Below, piece after piece: positions 36,101 through 50,500 of a stretch of 64,000 nucleotides of DNA. The notes under the pieces were generated by a model. It had not been told where the DNA came from, searched no databases, and was given only the letters and a program-made list of their open reading frames with translations. The translations under genes were made by a program, and so were the position numbers. This DNA is from Tubulanus polymorphus (lineage: Eukaryota > Animalia > Nemertea), in the NCBI RefSeq assembly GCF_964204645.1, contig NC_134028.1, positions 11,207,263 through 11,271,262 on the forward strand, written 5' to 3'. Within the stretch, counting starts at the first letter, position 1. Each line of letters opens with the position of its first letter.

Positions 36101-39100
36101 TGGCGGTGGAGCCAATTCAGACCAACCAGAAGACTATGTGACAAATGTAATGTCCGATTGGATTAAAACCACTGAATTAACTAGTGACTCTGACTGTATT
36201 CGAAAAGTCCGATGCTTGTGCCAATTGCAAACTTCTGTATAATAATTATGTAGTTGCATTTAAATATTGAATTTGATATACCTGTTAGTAACTTAAGCCC
36301 TTTGAGCGCCACATAGTCGCATGATTGCAACTTTACCCACTTAGTGCCACTGTCATATTTTGTCGCCACAGTCACATTTTGTCGACATGGGTAAAGTCAC
36401 CCTAAATACCACTCAATGGTTGCCGGTGGTAGTTACAACACCTTAACCAGCTCCTCATGTGGAAAACTTAATTTTTCAATTTCATGGTGTAATTTGATGA
36501 CAAACATATCAAATCATGGCGCAGAATTATAAAAGTTGGATAATGTTTTACGGATCCTAAATGATAGTGATAGTGAAAACACCAGTGAGTAGGAATCCCA
36601 TTATAGTGAAAGTGAAGATGAGGGCAGCAGTTTTTTTTACAATTCGGACTATGATGACGATGTTGCAGGTGCACGTGCACGTGCGTCACAAACGGCCATG
36701 TTTTAGTGGCTATGCTGCAACCATGATTTAGATGATACTCAACGTTTGTATAAATGAATTACACAAACATTGAATAACGGTATCCAATATGGCTGACTCA
36801 AGAGTCAGAACAAGCTTCGGCGAAAAGGAAAGTTATCTTTGTCAGGTGGAAAATCAAAGGTTCAATAAGCTTATAGGCCTAGAATATGTTTAGGCAGAGA
36901 TGTAATGTAGTTAAGGTAGTCGAGTGATGGAAGAGTGTACCATAGCCATGAAAATTGTCAAATACATTGATGATCGAATGGACTACCCACCCAAATTGAA
37001 ATGAAATTGAGTGGATGAGCTTAGGGATGATCCAATTCATTGGTGGCTGCACAAGCCGGTTTAGAATAGTAACTAATCCTATTTATCTTATAGAACCTAT
37101 ACAAGACTATGGGGTCGTTCTTGATCCATCACAAAATTATATGTGACAAGCCGTAGATGACTGCACATAAATTCCAACCGTTCTATAAACCAGTTCACCG
37201 TGTAATATCCCAAATTTACCAACAATGTGCTCAGAGCATTCCAGAGACGAAGGGTTAGACCGATCGGCGTTCGTTTTATGGCAAAACGTGTTCCGTGTTA
37301 CACAGCGAGTATGTTGAGCAGTGCTGTAGCAAGGCACTACAGCATCTTGAACTAATGAGCAATGTTCATTTTTTTATAACGAAATTCAGGCACTTATAAC
37401 CTTCAGAATCATATCAATCATATAGTACATATCTGTGCTAATTTACAGAATTGTCGGCAGACATTAATAATTGAGTCATTTTTTACAATTAATAGACTTC
37501 TCTGTTTCATCAACTCGCTACTATTACTATACATACATACCACCAATAAATCCAGCAAACTCTGTATATACTACGTGAATTATAGGCGGTTACAGTACGT
37601 ATAAAAGCATGTGTGTGATGTATAAAAGCATGTGTGTGATGATGGGCCTTACTGAGCGAGGCTCTACAAAGACCTTGTATTTTAGGTTGACAAATTTCCC
37701 TCTGCTATTTGGTGAGAAAATGCTGTAGATCTGTGCTGCCAACCTAATCATTTTCAAATTCAGGACTCCTTCAACTATTTTTCATATTAACAGCAGTTCA
37801 AGGAGTAAGATCCATCTTTATGCGATCAAATAGAATTAACATAAACAAATACGACTTAAGTAGGAAAACTTTTTTTTATCCCACAATAACGATCAGTTTT
37901 GAAATGCTTTTTATATGAAAAACCTTTAAGAAAATTAAATTCAGGCTAACCTAAATACTGTTTGTATTCTAAATTAAAGAAAGTAAAACTATGAACTAAT
38001 GACATGTGTTTAATTTTACTTGTTCCTACGTGTTTCATCGCTAAGCACTGTTTCTTTGGCTTTGCATCGCAAATGTCTCAGTAACTGACACTGCTCACTG
38101 CTATGAACAGTGCAAAAATTTATCTCAGTTGGCAGTTCTAAGCCCTGTTGTGGCCACCATGTTGTAACGTTCTCATTCACTCACTTGCCATAGTCATGGG
38201 AGCATATCAAGCCAGCAGGTGGCCCAGCCAGAGTCACTTGACACTTCCATTATCTTAATCGACGATCAACTTGTGATATTTTTAACATAGATTTCTTTGA
38301 TTGAAATGTGAATAAGAAATGAAAATTTGAGGCTTGTTTATGGAAAGCATAAAATGACAAGAAAAATCGTAAAATCAGAACATAGGTATTCTAAAATCCA
38401 ATTTTTCAAGCACAATTCGGAACATCGTATTTTCCTATATTAAAGCGTAATAATTACGCCTACATCAGGACACTTTGCAGCACTAGTCTAGTAGATGAAA
38501 ATGAAGTAAATCCTGGTTACCTGCTCTTGGATATATTGCAGTAAGAATGGAGACGCTCTTAGATTGTCAACTGGCATGTCAAAGAAACCTTGGATTTCTT
38601 TACTATGAAGGTCCATAGTAATGAGATGATCTAACCCTGTGATAAAACATAACATAATGAATGAATACAATCTGAATAGAATAATAAATTACCCATGGGC
38701 AAAGGGGTTTACCTGGAAAAAACTGGTGCTTATTTGCCAAATGCCAAAAACATACATTGGTCTATGCCCAAAATTAGGCGCAAAGCCCCTAAAGGGGGTT
38801 TGGAGGTTTTAAACGGTACGTGTTAGCAGGTCTTTAAGGCATTGACAAGACAAATCTAATCCAAAACTTCATTGGTATCGCCATACTTGGTAGTTTGGAT
38901 ACTGAATTGAATAGCCTACTCGGTTATATTCGTAACACCGAAAAAATTATAAGCAAACGTATGTAACCTAGTCAAATGAAATGCTCGCCATTTTGTTTTG
39001 GGTTCCAAATTGGGTTTTCCCAATGGGCTTTCCCAATTACATCAGAAGATCCCTGAATTTCCCGTATATCCAACAAACAGCCAATCACATTCAATGTAGC

Positions 39101-41380
39101 TCAGGTAACAAGGTCAACTCAGATAAATAGAAGCGAGAAAATTTAGGGGTTTATAAAGTGAGGGCCTGTAGGTCAAAAAGTACATCGAGATGAGTTGCAC
39201 AAAAAACGGCAACACTTCCAGGATGGATTGGACTTTTATATATTTCAATTCCAAGTATGCAAGTTCTCATACGTGAAAACGTGCCATTACATAGTGCTAA
39301 AAAGCAGGGTTTTTACGTGTTTTTCAAGAATAAGTCCCCTAAGAATAACTAGATCACTATGAAATTTTAGTGGGCTCGAGAACTCATTAAGCCAAACCAT
39401 GACACCAAAAATCAACGATATTGGTTCAATAGCCAATGTTTGTGCCTTGTTGACACATCGGTACTCTATTCATTTTCAATGAAAACTGCACCAGACCGTT
39501 TGCATAGGCAAACCTATGGTTCGCCAAAAACTTTCATTTGAAACAATTCATTCATACGCACTAGAGCTAGCAGGCTATACACAGTTGTAGTGTGAATTAC
39601 ACTCCTTATCTAGTATAATTGTGTATATATACTGTAGTGTACAGCGCATCTGAATATAGAAGGCAATCAAAACAAACTATTCAATAAAACAATACACATG
39701 ACGGATACATATAAATGTGAAATATATTTTATAATCTATATTCCCATAAGCTGAAAGGGCCAGAAATTGCTTGTATCTAGTCAAATGAAATGCTCACCAT
39801 TTGGATATTCGATTAAGGCTTTCCCATAATTTTGATACTATGGTTTTCCCACACGTCAGAAGCTCCCAAAGCTCCTGCATATCCCAGAACCAGCCTATCA
39901 CATTTGCCTTTAGAGACGATGCCCCCAATAAGGTCATTGCAAAGATAAAAACCCACTATTTACAAATTAAAAGAAATCGAAAAACGAGAATTTATTTATT
40001 GAAACAATCTAAAATACAAGAACACGACATTTCGATCTCACACTAGAGATCATCGTCAGGTGTGAGATATTGACTAAAAACAGGGGTATATATACAGAGG
40101 AGAACAGGTTAATTGAGTAAATTGGTGAGTGAGTAACTAATTAGTGTTTGGCAAGGCATGAAGCAATATACTTAGATAGAAGGGAATTGTGAGGAGAAAA
40201 GCCATTATTTAAATTGGTACTAATATCTGAGTGACGAGTCATTAGGGCTGACTCAACTATGTGGCGTTTAGTGTAATTGCTGGAAGTATAGATAATTTCG
40301 GCTTTATCAAAATTAAAACGATGAGCAGTGTTCCAAACGTGATTGGCTACACCACTAGCTGTTTTTTTATTTATTATATCCTTTTTGTGTTCCAAATTCG
40401 AGTTTTTAAATCACGACCAGTTTCTCCAAAGTACATTTTATCACAGCCAAAACAAGGAATTTTGTACACTCCGCAGTCCAAAGGTTTAGATTGATTGTTT
40501 TTTACCAAAGTCTTGCTAATTTTGTTTTCATACGTGAAAATGATTTGTTTATCCAATAAAGGGAGAGAGTGACGAAACTTTTCCAAAACAGGTACATACG
40601 GAACAAGAATTAATTCTGAAATGTGTTTTTCATTTTCTGGAAGTTAAGAATTAAAGAAAGTACGTTTAGCCTTAGAAATAGCGATTTTCAAAATGTAATC
40701 AGGGTAAGCCAATTTTTTAAGAGAGTTGGTTATATGGTCAAATTCAGCCGAAAGGAAGGTTTCATCGCATATCCGAAGTGCACGGAGAAAGAGGCCTAGA
40801 GCGCGACCAATTTTGATTGATTTAGCAGTAAATAATGAAAAGAAATGGAGATACGCCTCAGCGTTGATCGGTTTATGGTAGACTGAAACTAGAAAGAAAC
40901 TTTTTAATAGGACGACGAGAGAGAATAGAAATTAAAAGTGGAACTCGGGGTGAAGACGAGTTAGGTTGGTTGCTAAGGCTTACACACTGTAGTGCTTTTG
41001 TAACCGGCTGGTTGTTGTATCGGCAGGCTGGCTGGGGAACTAGCATTTACACCAGCGGTACAGGATTCCATCCATCAGGAACAACAAGGCAGTTAAACCT
41101 TATATGTACAATCTTTATTGCATCCCGGAATGAGAATGATTATCATAGCTTTACATAGTCTTTATATACAAAATCATGAGTATAATGTGAGAACTAGGTG
41201 TCAGACAAGTTGTAGACATCAGGACGCACAAATAAACACCTAGTGACATGTTTGAGAGACATTAATTAATTATCGATGAGCACTGACTATAGCTAATTAT
41301 CGTGAAAACATGTTGAGTAATGTCACATGTTGATTACGACCTTAAAGCACATATTGACACTATAGTCATAAGTTATATTA

Positions 41381-41414
<34 letters not shown>

Positions 41415-44400
41415 ATGTAGTAGAGCTATGAAATGTTATGAACTGCTCGATATGACATTGTAGATCTATATGATTATGAAATATGCAAATTATATCAGGG
41501 TGACAGATGCCCCTTGTCCAATTAAATTTGGTCCTCCAAATTTGCGGAAAACGCAGATACCATAAGTTCATCAAAACTCCTTCCATCGCGAAAACATGAA
41601 AGATTGACTTTCACCGCGCAAAAATGTGCAAACGCTGGACAGTAACATCCGGATTATCAGTCATTCACGAAAGAGTCACATGTTGTCGTTATATACGGAC
41701 GATGCGATGATACGTTAACTGTAATTTTGAATGATCTGCAAACGATCCCCGAATTCTGGTTGGTTCTGCGACGAACAGAAGTAGCGACGTGTTGCGTAGT
41801 TATAGCGTCCCGAAGATCAGTTGGTGATGCAAGTTGCAAGTAGTACGCATTTCTCTGTTTTGAAGATCTTTCGATTACTGACTGGAAATAACTTCGTGAC
41901 ACAATGATAGTAACATGCAACATTTGACATCAGAGCAGAGTTCAGGCAATGACACAACACAAATACAGTTACCCTTGTCAGCCAAAAGGAAAAAATTATC
42001 ATCATCCAAAATAAGTGGTCAGAAGTAAATAAAGAATAACCATAGTAATTGAGCAAAGATGACACCACCAGCATAACTGAACTGTTTTAACACCTATCAT
42101 CGCAGTCTCAATTAATCCACGTTATATTATCTCATTGATAAATTCATACCGTACCGTACACTCATCTCAGTTATGTCTCGTATTAGATTTACAATGACGT
42201 TATTTGCGTGTTTTCTACGAAAGATTTCATGCACTCTACTTAAAATGACTAGTATATATTAATTGAACGTATGAACTATCCGATCTTTGAACCGTTCAGG
42301 GCGTAAATAAACTGAAAATATACGTACGAGTAATAAGCTGATCAATTCATCGTTGATATCCATATGATATCCTGGAAAGCTTAAGAAAACCTACTGTAGC
42401 TACTACTGAGTTTCGAAGAAATAGATTTTAAACGAGAAGCGTACTGACTGTGTGCCAGGAGGTGTTTCATACCAAGGCCGCCATGCAGGGGGAGCGAACC
42501 GCCCAAATAAAATATAGTATTCTAAGACTCCCTGGTCGTTGAAACGTGTTGATACGGCTCGAGCGGCAGTAGGTATAATGTTTTTGAGCTCGGTTTCGGT
42601 GGGAGGCCTTTCATTTTCCAAGATGACATGATATATACCCCATACATGTTCAAGACTCTCTCCGTAATCACTTACTTCAAACCAATCTCGTTTTGATGCC
42701 CGGTACCATGGACTGTCATGGTAATATTTTACGAATAGCACATTATTTTGAAATTTGGTAGCAACAACCGTTTTTCCTGTAGGGCACGGACACAATGCTC
42801 GACGATTTCCCGTCCGAATAGCTTCTTCGATAGCGACATTACTTGAATCTGAACTACTCTTAACGCTATCCTGATTCGTATGATCTTGGTGAGTTTTCGA
42901 TCGAGCTGAACAATATACACTATTTACATTCTCATTATTTGATGAGTCTTCATTAGACATCTGATTATCAAATTCCTGGAAGCGATCATTAGTAACATAT
43001 ACACCCTGTATTACGGTTCCATTTAATTTTCTTCTAGGTTTTTCACGTATCTCTACTTCACTATCCTGACATCTATCTCTATTTGTGATTATAATATTTG
43101 CTACGTCATTCTCGTTTTCATTTCGATCGTTTTGATGTCCCTTATTATCAGAATTGTCTGTAATGCGATCAAAAAAATTACTTTTGCAAGGTTTCTTACG
43201 TTTTTTGCCTGATGCCGCATAGTTTTCGTGAAAGTGTCGAATTAGTTTATTTGGGATCCATTTTCCTAATTCCCAAGAATTTCCACGATTTAAATCTGAC
43301 TTCCATTTTACGCCATATTTACATAAACCACTTTCTAGTTTGTACTGTAGAATTTTCTGAATATCTGATTCATTGAAAGTCTCAGTAACTACCGGTCTAT
43401 CTTTGTTATCGTCAGCCGAAATTTGAGTGTCAGTTGGAGTATCAGCTAAATTGCTAGGTTTATATTTTAAGCGCCCATGAATCTCGTCGAATAATTCAGG
43501 GTTTTCCTCAGCTGTTGAACCATCCCATGCGACCTCTTCATAATTTGGACGCGATGAGGGATCTTTGTATAACTTAAGACGGTTCCCATTGACATGCGAT
43601 GGGAGTAAAACGTTATCAGAGATTCTTCGTAATTGATAAGCCCCTTTACTAGCTATTGACTGAATGAAATCGGGACCTACGTATTTTTTACACAGTTTTG
43701 GTGATTTTCCTTTCTTAACTTTCATGACTTATAGCCAAACGCGATCAGTAATCTGAAACTGAGGTTTTAATGCCTTTTTATCGAACTGAGTTTTATACTT
43801 ATTTTGAGCTCTTTTAATATTCTCGTTAGCGATATTTCGTGATATGACCAGCTGCCTTAATATATGTGATAAGTATGCCTTATGATCAGTAGCTAACGAA
43901 TGCCGTGGAATTAAAGCCGTGTCTATTGGTAGACGCATTTCTTGACCAAATAACATGTGGTAAGGGCTAAAACCTGAACCTTCAGTTGAGGGAACATGCC
44001 TATAACTCATCATTACACTTGGCATTAGTGTATCCCAATTAGTCTGATCCTGGTTACAATACGACCTAAGCGACTGCCAAATGTACTGGTTAGTTCTCTC
44101 GCAAACTGAGTTTGATTGAGGATGGTACGGAGCGGTGAAATGTTGTTTCACGTGAAACAATTCACAGAGAGCTCCAACTAACTTAGACATAAATGTTTTA
44201 CCGCGATCAGAGACTAAAGAATGAGGAGCACCATACCGCGAAAATATCTCTTTAAAGAGAACCTTTGCTACCTCTGTTGTTTCCTGAGTTTTGAGAGGAA
44301 AAGCCTCGGGCCATTTACTCCAGCTATCTACCACGAGTAGAATATGCTTATTACCATCAGGTGTCTCCGGAAGATTGCAAAGGAAGTCAATGTGCCATCT

Positions 44401-47400
44401 GGAGAATAAGCCTTCAATTGGAAATGGTTGTAAGGGTGTTGGATGACTATGATAATTCCGTTTGACCTGTTGGCAATTCTCACAAGTAGAAACATATTTC
44501 CCACAATCTTCATACATGGAATCCCAATGATATTTATTACGTAAAACACCATAAAGACGATCTCGACCCTGGTGGCAACCTCCCACTAATGAATCATGGT
44601 TAGCTTTCAATATTTCCGACCGTAATGACCTAGGAACTTCAAGAACTGGGACGACCTTCTCGGCTTTAGGAATACCAGTAACTCTAGGCGTATACAAATA
44701 ATATAACGTGCCATCGATAATACCATATTGGTCGGCCCTCCAACTGAGCTTTCGAAACAGTTTTTCATCGTTGACAGCATATGATGGATCTAACTTATGT
44801 TCCAACATGTGACAAACTTCAGGGCAATTCCGCTGTAAGTGAGTTATATTAGCAGGTTTAATCAGTTCAATCTCCTTATAAGTATCAGGAGTTAACTCAG
44901 CCACCACGGGGCTAGTATAATCAAACACGACTTCATAAGACTGAGATCCATTTGTCATTGCTGTGAAAACAGCTTCTTGTGAAGGATCATCAGGTCTAGG
45001 AGGAGGAGGTTTATCATAATCTCGTCTACTTAAACCGTCGCAATTGCCATTTTTCTTACCCAGTCGGTGTTCAACAGAAAAATTATATGCTTGAAGAGCC
45101 AATTCCCAACGTCCTATACGTTTGTTTAGTCGGTTTTCATGAATATACGTTAAACTTTTGCTATCAGTATACACAGTGAATTCATTTCCAATCAGGTAGG
45201 GATGAAAATTCTGAATTCCTTCAATCAAAGCTAATCCTTCCAATACATATTGCCAATTCAAATGACCTAAACATTTTGACATAAGCATCTGAAAAGCCAT
45301 AGGACCATTCTTAATTCCCATCGGCATTCTTTTGAAGCACATTTTGCCTTGTGTCGTTTGAAAAGCTGTTTTATGACGCGATTCTTCATGTAACGGTATC
45401 TGGTGAAATCCTGAATTAAGATCTAATTTACTAAATATCATGGGTTTAGCATCGGCTATAGTGTCAAATACATCATCAAAATGAGGTAGTGGAAATGATT
45501 GCGTTACGGTCTTCGAATTCAGTTTTCTAAAATCAATAGTAAACCTATACGTATTGTCTGGTTTTCTGACCAAAACCACAGGATTATTGAAAACAGAATC
45601 AGTTGGTTCAATATGATCGGCATCTAACAGTTCGTTAACCAAGTCGTTTTCTACCTGTCTCAAGTGTGGACTTTTGCGATAAGGTATTTGAATTATACGG
45701 TCGTCATCAGTTGTTTCTATCTTATGGGTAACTAATGAAGTTTTGCCGATTTCCTGTAAGTTACTAGCAAATATTGACCTATTACATCCAATTAAATACA
45801 TTAATCTCTCTTTTTGTTCCAGAGTCAATCCTGAGTTTTCTGGAATTTTTATGCCTAAATTTTCCGCTATTTTAATTTTTTCATCATAATTCCGTGGTGT
45901 ATCAGTATCAACGGAGAAAATGTTTGCACTAGTATTGTCATCTGCGAAATCGAAACAATCATCGTCAGTTACATTGTATGCAAATCCAAGCACATAATCT
46001 TTTGAAATTTGAATCGGTTCATTAGTAGGATTCACAATAGTAGCGAAAATTTTACCGTCCGTGATTTTGCATAATGTTTTACCTCCACCTAAACATTTAT
46101 TCAATAACTTGTGGTTGTATGGTTCAAAAACAACCAATGAACCTTCCGCCAACGTATCGACACTTATTTGAACTATTTGTTTAGTATTTGGTGAAATAAC
46201 TATCCTGTTAATCGTTTTAGCTTTATTTCTGTACAGCTCTTGTTTATTCCTAAGAATCTTTAACGGAATCGAAACATCTTTAAATTCAATTGTGCCTGAT
46301 GCAAGGTCAATGTTTACATTGTTTTCCTTCAAAAAATCCAGTCCTAGAATGACATCTGTATGTAGCCTATCGAATACATAAAACTTATGTGTAAATACAT
46401 GAGATTGAATGCAAATGGTTACATCAATTCTACCAATTACTGAATGTGCTTCCCCACAAACTCCTCAAATAATGTTTATATCCGAATGACTATATATGGG
46501 ATTTTTGATACATCCTTCGACCGTTGATCTAGCAATACATGAAATGGATGCACCTGTATCGACTAATGCTCGTTGGGAGTGTTTATTTATATCAACGTTT
46601 ATAATATTCCGATTCAACCCTGAAACTAAGCTTATATCAACCGCATTGATATCAGGTACCCATAATCGAGATGCTTCTTTGCGACAAACATCCTTACTAC
46701 AATGTATGCGGTTCATCTTTTTGAAGTGTATACCACTTAAGTGTACAGAACGAAATGAAACTGATTATGAATAATGTTTGCTAGAAAAATGCTTTGAATT
46801 GAACAATCGAAACTTGAGATATATATCAAACTGCTCAACTACACAGTAATGCTCCCAAACTCAAAGAGCTATAATTTCCTATACTCAATATCCGACCACT
46901 AATTCGAGATGAAGATTCAATTATATTACCTATGGCTGACAACAAGTTACCATAATGTGTTGTATCCACCAAAACAGCAGCAATTTCGGCGATCAGCACG
47001 GTCTTGTCACAAGTGTGATTGAATGCGATCTTCTATTTTGTGGTATGTTTCAGTCACAATCCGTATATCAGCAGCTTCATCTGTACTTGTGTAAGTCACG
47101 AGGACTTAAATTTGGGTTCTCCACCATCTGTAACCGGCTGGTTGTTGTATCGGCAGGCTGGCTGGGGAACTAGCATTTACACCAGCGGTACAGGATTCCA
47201 TCCATCAGGAACAACAAGGCAGTTAAACCTTATATGTACAATCTTTATTGCATCCCGGAATGAGAATGATTATCATAGCTTTACATAGTCTTTATATACA
47301 GAATCATGAGTATAATGTGAGAACTAGGTGTCAGACAAGTTGTAGACATCAGGACGCACAAATAAACACCTAGTGACATGTTTGAGAGACATTAATTAAT

Positions 47401-47515
47401 TATCGATGAGCACTGACTATAGCTAATTATCGTGAAAACATGTTGAGTAATGTCACATGTTGATTACGACCTTAAAGCACATATTGACACTATAGTCATA
47501 AGTTATATTATATTA

Positions 47516-47553
<38 letters not shown>

Positions 47554-50500
47554 AATATGTAGTAGAGCTATGAAATGTTATGAACTGTTCGATATGACAT
47601 TGTAGATCTATATGATTATGAAATATGCAAATTATATCAGGGTGACACTTTTCAAACACATTTGCAAGTCAGGTCCAAACGAAGTTCCACTGTTAGACAA
47701 AGAGTTGACCATATAATGCAAGTTGAAGGTATTACAGAGATTTAAGGCAAAACGGAGCAGTTAGCATCCCTTTAAGTTTGAAAATTAGAGGGAAAAAGGT
47801 CCCGAGGCTCGAAATATTGTAAGCTCGATCAACAAAATCGTTGTCGATATGGATTGATATTGCCTGACATACAATTAGAGGGGTTGAGAAACGAAGGTAT
47901 CATTTTAGCCATCGGTGCATGTTTATACTCAAAGTTATACTTACCATGCCCATACAGTCTGCTCTCGGTACAATCGCCAAGAACCCATGACATAGGCCAA
48001 TGACCATGCAGTCCATGGGGTACAAGCTTCACATCCACCTGTTAACACAGTTATTTGAAGCTGTTCACAGACTGAACCATAGGCCAACTGCTAACTGTAC
48101 CCTTAGGCCCTGGAGCTAGTCAAACGATCGACCAAGTGGGACAGAATGAATATTTACCAGCAGTCTCATTAGAATTCTTACATGATATCTTAAAGATTGA
48201 TTATGGGAATCTTAGACTTGAAAAATGTTTGATAGATCAAGGAGAATGATACAAAACAACTACGATGAGGGTGTAGGCCGGTTACTGACGAGAAGTTACC
48301 TAATCGTTGGTGGTTAAAGCTTTTATAATCGGATGGGATATTTGTAAAAATATCCGAATGTGAAACTAATGTGGCTACAGTCGAAATTAAAACTAGATAA
48401 TGACGAAATTAAGTTACCGACTTAAAGGTTTTAATGGTTTCACAAAAGGAATTTTTTATAGTAAAAGTTATCGTGAATAATATTTCTTCTGCTAATTCAA
48501 GACTTTTTTGATATAACAAGCGTGTGGATTGTAGCCTACGCGCGACCCGCTCTGTAACGCGCATTATCTCTTACTGATACATACACGGTGATTGCCGCGT
48601 ATATAAGGCGATATTGCCTCCGGGACTGTAACTAATGTTATCGACGCGCGCTCTCATCGCTGTGCCACAGTCTAGATACACATAATCGGGCTCTAAAAAC
48701 AGATCGCTGACACAAAAGTCCAAAAAAATAAATCATTTCACGATAAATCATTTTACTAGTAATAGTAACATAGTTTTCAGCGTTGCTCGACGTACGAGTA
48801 TCGATTCAATAGCATCTAATGTTGAATCGATGTAGCACGTGTACTCGCCGAGTCCATATCACCAATGCGTAAACATTCAATTAATCCGCTGACACACACA
48901 CCAAGAAAATACGGAAATTTCGGGCAATAAACAACAATACGGAAATATACAACAAAATCATGGAATAGGCCTATATTAAGTGCTATTTCAACTAGGGGTC
49001 CAGGGACACCATGCCCACTTGGGAAATGGTTTCAAATGCTCAACAATCTAACAATTTCAATATTCAACGCCCCCTGGTGACCATTTACAAAAACCAACGA
49101 CCTTGAAACTCACCAAAATCATAGAACATGTCAGCAGCTACGATTTTGTAATTGATTGTGAAAATATGCCTCGTTACCAATTTAATATGGAAATACTAAA
49201 TCATTCTACTATTCAACGCCCCCTGGTGACCATATTCAAAACCCAATGACCTCGAAACTCACCACAATCATAGAACATGTCATGAACTACAACTTTGCAA
49301 TTGATCATGGTAACAAAATATGCCTAGGTACCAATATAATAAGGAAATACTAAGTTATTCTACTATTCAACGCCCCCTGGTGACAATATAGAAAAACTAA
49401 TGTCCTTAAAACTCACAACAATCATAGATGATGTCATGAGCTACAACTTTCCAATTGATTGTGGTTACAAAATATGCATAGGTACGAATATAATAAAGAA
49501 ATGCTAAGATATTGTATTATTCAACGCCCCCTGGTGGCCATATACGAAATCCAATAACCTTGAAACTCACCACAATCATAGAACACGTTATGAGCTACCA
49601 CTTTCTAATTGATTGTGGTAGCAAAATACGCTTAGGTATCAATATAATGTGGAAAAACTTTTTCCCACTTACGAATGAGTACTGGTGACACCAAGATGGC
49701 CGCCAAATACGTCATAATTGGCTGATGAAAAATACCTGTCTGAGGAATAAAACATCCCTTTCCAAAGAATACCCATCACAAATTGCAATTAGTTTGGTAA
49801 ACCAGTAGGAAGCTACAGGACTCAGAATTCGGGCAAAAATTAACATTTTTGGGCACTAAAAAGGTCATAGGACGGCCATCTTGAGTCCAACCGACCCAAT
49901 TTTTGTTTCGTTGATGGGCCCTGGGGGGATTCATATATATCCGAAAGATCAAGGTAATTGATCGAAGCGTCTTCAAACTTTCCTCTAAAAAAGTTCAAAA
50001 ATGTGTAAAAAGTGCTGATTTTGGCAAATAACAATGGCTGCCAGTCAGCCATCTTGATTCTGACAGGGCCAGTTTTTGGGCTGAAGATGTGTCTAGGGTA
50101 GATACACGTGTAACCCAAATATCAAGGCGTTACCTTGAAGCGTCTTCAAAACTTCCCAAAATAACTGGATTCCGTCTACGGACGGACGGACGCTACGACG
50201 GACGGACGACGGACGAAAAGTGAACGCAATAGCCCGCTGGGACTAAAGTCCCAGGTGGGTTAAAAATGTATGCGAGGCACTTTTTTAAGCGCGGACTAAT
50301 ACAGTTTTACTTCTAGACAGGGGTTGCGCTACTTTAGCGTTTCAATATTTTTATTTCGGCAATATTTAATTAACCAAATTCACCATATATGAACTCAACC
50401 TTCTATGTTTCATATTTAAGCGACTGTGAAAGTTCCAGACGCGTACGTGGCGTTTAACGGACGCAATCGTTTGACGTGACAGATTTCACGATAACAATAG

